DNA from: Ptychomitrium polyphyllum
Lineage: Eukaryota
DNA length: 64,000 nt
Reading direction: 5' to 3'
Assembly (NCBI GenBank): GCA_973851085.1
Contig: OZ316776.1
Location: forward strand, 12,462,001-12,526,000
Every line of letters starts with the position of its first letter. Positions within the stretch are counted from its first letter, which is position 1. The translations under genes were made by a program, and so were the position numbers. Below, one piece after another: positions 62,701 to 64,000 of this stretch. The notes below the pieces were generated by a model. That model was given only the letters and a program-made list of their open reading frames with translations, made no database searches and had not been told where the DNA came from.

Positions 62701-62991
62701 GCTGCGGAACTTCCAACATGCTTCACTTGAAATGGATCTGTTCGAAGTTTTCTAAGGTAGAAGAATCTTCTTAGGAAGTTTCCTAAAGAGATAGAACCTT
62801 CCTAGGAAATTTCCTAAGATTATGGAACCTTTTTAGGAAGTTTCTTTAGGAGGAGGAACGTTCTTAGGAAGCTTCCAAAAAATATGGAAAGGTTATGGAG
62901 ACATTTAAAAGTATTCTAAGAAGCTATTATAATATATCAAAAGGTTTGAGAATGTTCTAAAGACTATGTTTTATGATATATGTCCGTGACA
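59733..62991 (-). mobile_element. Internally deleted chromovirus (Ty3/gypsy, Tcn1-like): partial 5' LTR 62744-62991, integrase C-terminus plus chromodomain ~62148-62740, 3' region, PPT 60366-60379, full 3' LTR 59733-60365
   Basis: The minus-strand LTR reads TGTCAC..CCCTAACA and is preceded by the PPT AAATGGGGAGGTGA. It contains internal (gaacttcctaggaagtttcctaag)-like repeats. Translation gives [72 protein letters not shown], with two in-frame stops. Confidence 0.9.
60436..61558. mobile_element. Solo LTR of a second family (1123 bp) with 5-bp TSD ACAAA
   Basis: Termini TATCGC..GCGACA. ACAAA flanks both ends (60431-60435, 61559-61563). The paralogous copy at ~59230 shows the empty site (ctacaaattccaaaatttgtc). 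Confidence 0.9.
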
Positions 62992-63985
62992 CATAAAACC
63001 AAAGGTCTACACAAACAACGTGTCCTTGAAGTATTTTGAATTACAAGCACAAATGAGTGCAAAGCAATTGACGTGGCATGATACCTAGGCACTTATGAAT
63101 GTGGATTTGATCCACAAGTTAGGACGTGACAATGTAGTGCCAAATGCTCTAAGTAGGCGAGAAGAATTGCAAGCGATGAGCACAACCCAAGTTCTGCAAG
63201 TAATGTACAAGAGAGAAGGCAATTTGGAAAGGAAGATAAGAGAGGGGTACATGAAGGACTCCGAAGCACAAAGGTTTCTTGATGAGCTTAAGAAAGGTAA
63301 GAAACTTAAGGAAATTAAGTTGGAGAAGGGATTAATCAAGTACAAACAAAGTCAGGTGTATGTGCCTCAAAGAAAACTATGGTTGTTGGTTTTGAAAGAA
63401 GAATATGATAGTCCCATAGCCGACCATAGAGGAGAAAAGACCACCATAGCGGCAGTGTTAAGAAGGTCCTATTGGTTGAGTATGAAAGCAGAGATCAACG
63501 ACTTTGTGAAAACTTGTATGAAGTGCCAACTCAATAGAGCCTTTTATCAAAAGCAAGTTGGTCTACTACAACCTTGCCAATTTGCCGGGTCCATGGCATA
63601 GCGTGTCCATGGACTTCATCACAAGTCTTCTAGAGTCGCAAGGGCATGATGCCATCTTTGTGATGGTAGATTGCTTTAGCAAGTTGGCGCACATGGTACC
63701 AACTAGAGGAACCGTAACTACACATGAGACCGCTAAGTTATTCCTTGATGCATGGTGGAAACATCACGGGTTGCCGAAAGTGATTGTGTTGGACCGAGAT
63801 CCAAAATTCATCAGTGCTTTTTGAAAACATTTCTTTAGAATAGTTGGAACTAAATTGACGTTCAGCACTGTCTTCTATCCTCAAATGGATGGGCAAACGG
63901 AACGAGTGAACGGAATTTTGAACCAATACTTGAGGAACTTTGTGAGTGTGGGCCAATGCAATTGGGTGGATTATGTGAGCCTAGC
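62992..63985 (+). mobile_element. Ty3/gypsy pol fragment (RNase H end, integrase zinc finger and core), frameshifted
   Basis: IHKLGRDNVVPNALSR, YVPQ, DSPIADHRG..YWLSM..FVKTCMKCQ, GLLQP / PWHSVSMDFITSL..IFVMVDCFSKLAH..HGLPKVIVLDRDPKF, YPQMDGQTERVN. Contains stops and frameshifts. Confidence 0.92.
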
Positions 63986-64000
63986 TATCGCGCACCTCTA
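63986..64000. mobile_element. Start of another LTR of the 60436-type family, cut by the window edge
   Basis: tatcgcgcacctct is identical to 60436-60449 and interrupts the integrase frame. Confidence 0.65.

Overview
Eukaryotic nuclear DNA with GT-AG introns and plant-type genes. It is most consistent with a moss such as Physcomitrium; this is inferred from the gene families, base composition and a Tcn1-like chromovirus. Bases ~0.7-51.3 kb hold eight protein-coding genes: COG5 (+), a GPR107/108-like 7TM protein (+), an intronless VIT-vWA (VWA5A/PARP4-like) protein with an FG-type repeat (-), CstF-64 (-), a PHD/RING-like plus tandem UBA-like protein (+), a DUF593 myosin-binding protein (+), an NDT-type NAD+ carrier (-) and NUP54 (+). 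An intergenic ~364-nt foldback at 34030-34393 looks like a MIRNA precursor. From ~54 kb on there is an AT-rich decayed spliced pseudogene, then a nest of Ty3/gypsy LTR-retrotransposon pieces including a chromodomain integrase tail and a solo LTR with an intact TSD. The best leads are the hairpin, the FG-repeat VIT-vWA gene and the PHD-UBA fusion. Exon boundaries were read by eye and no database searches were run.
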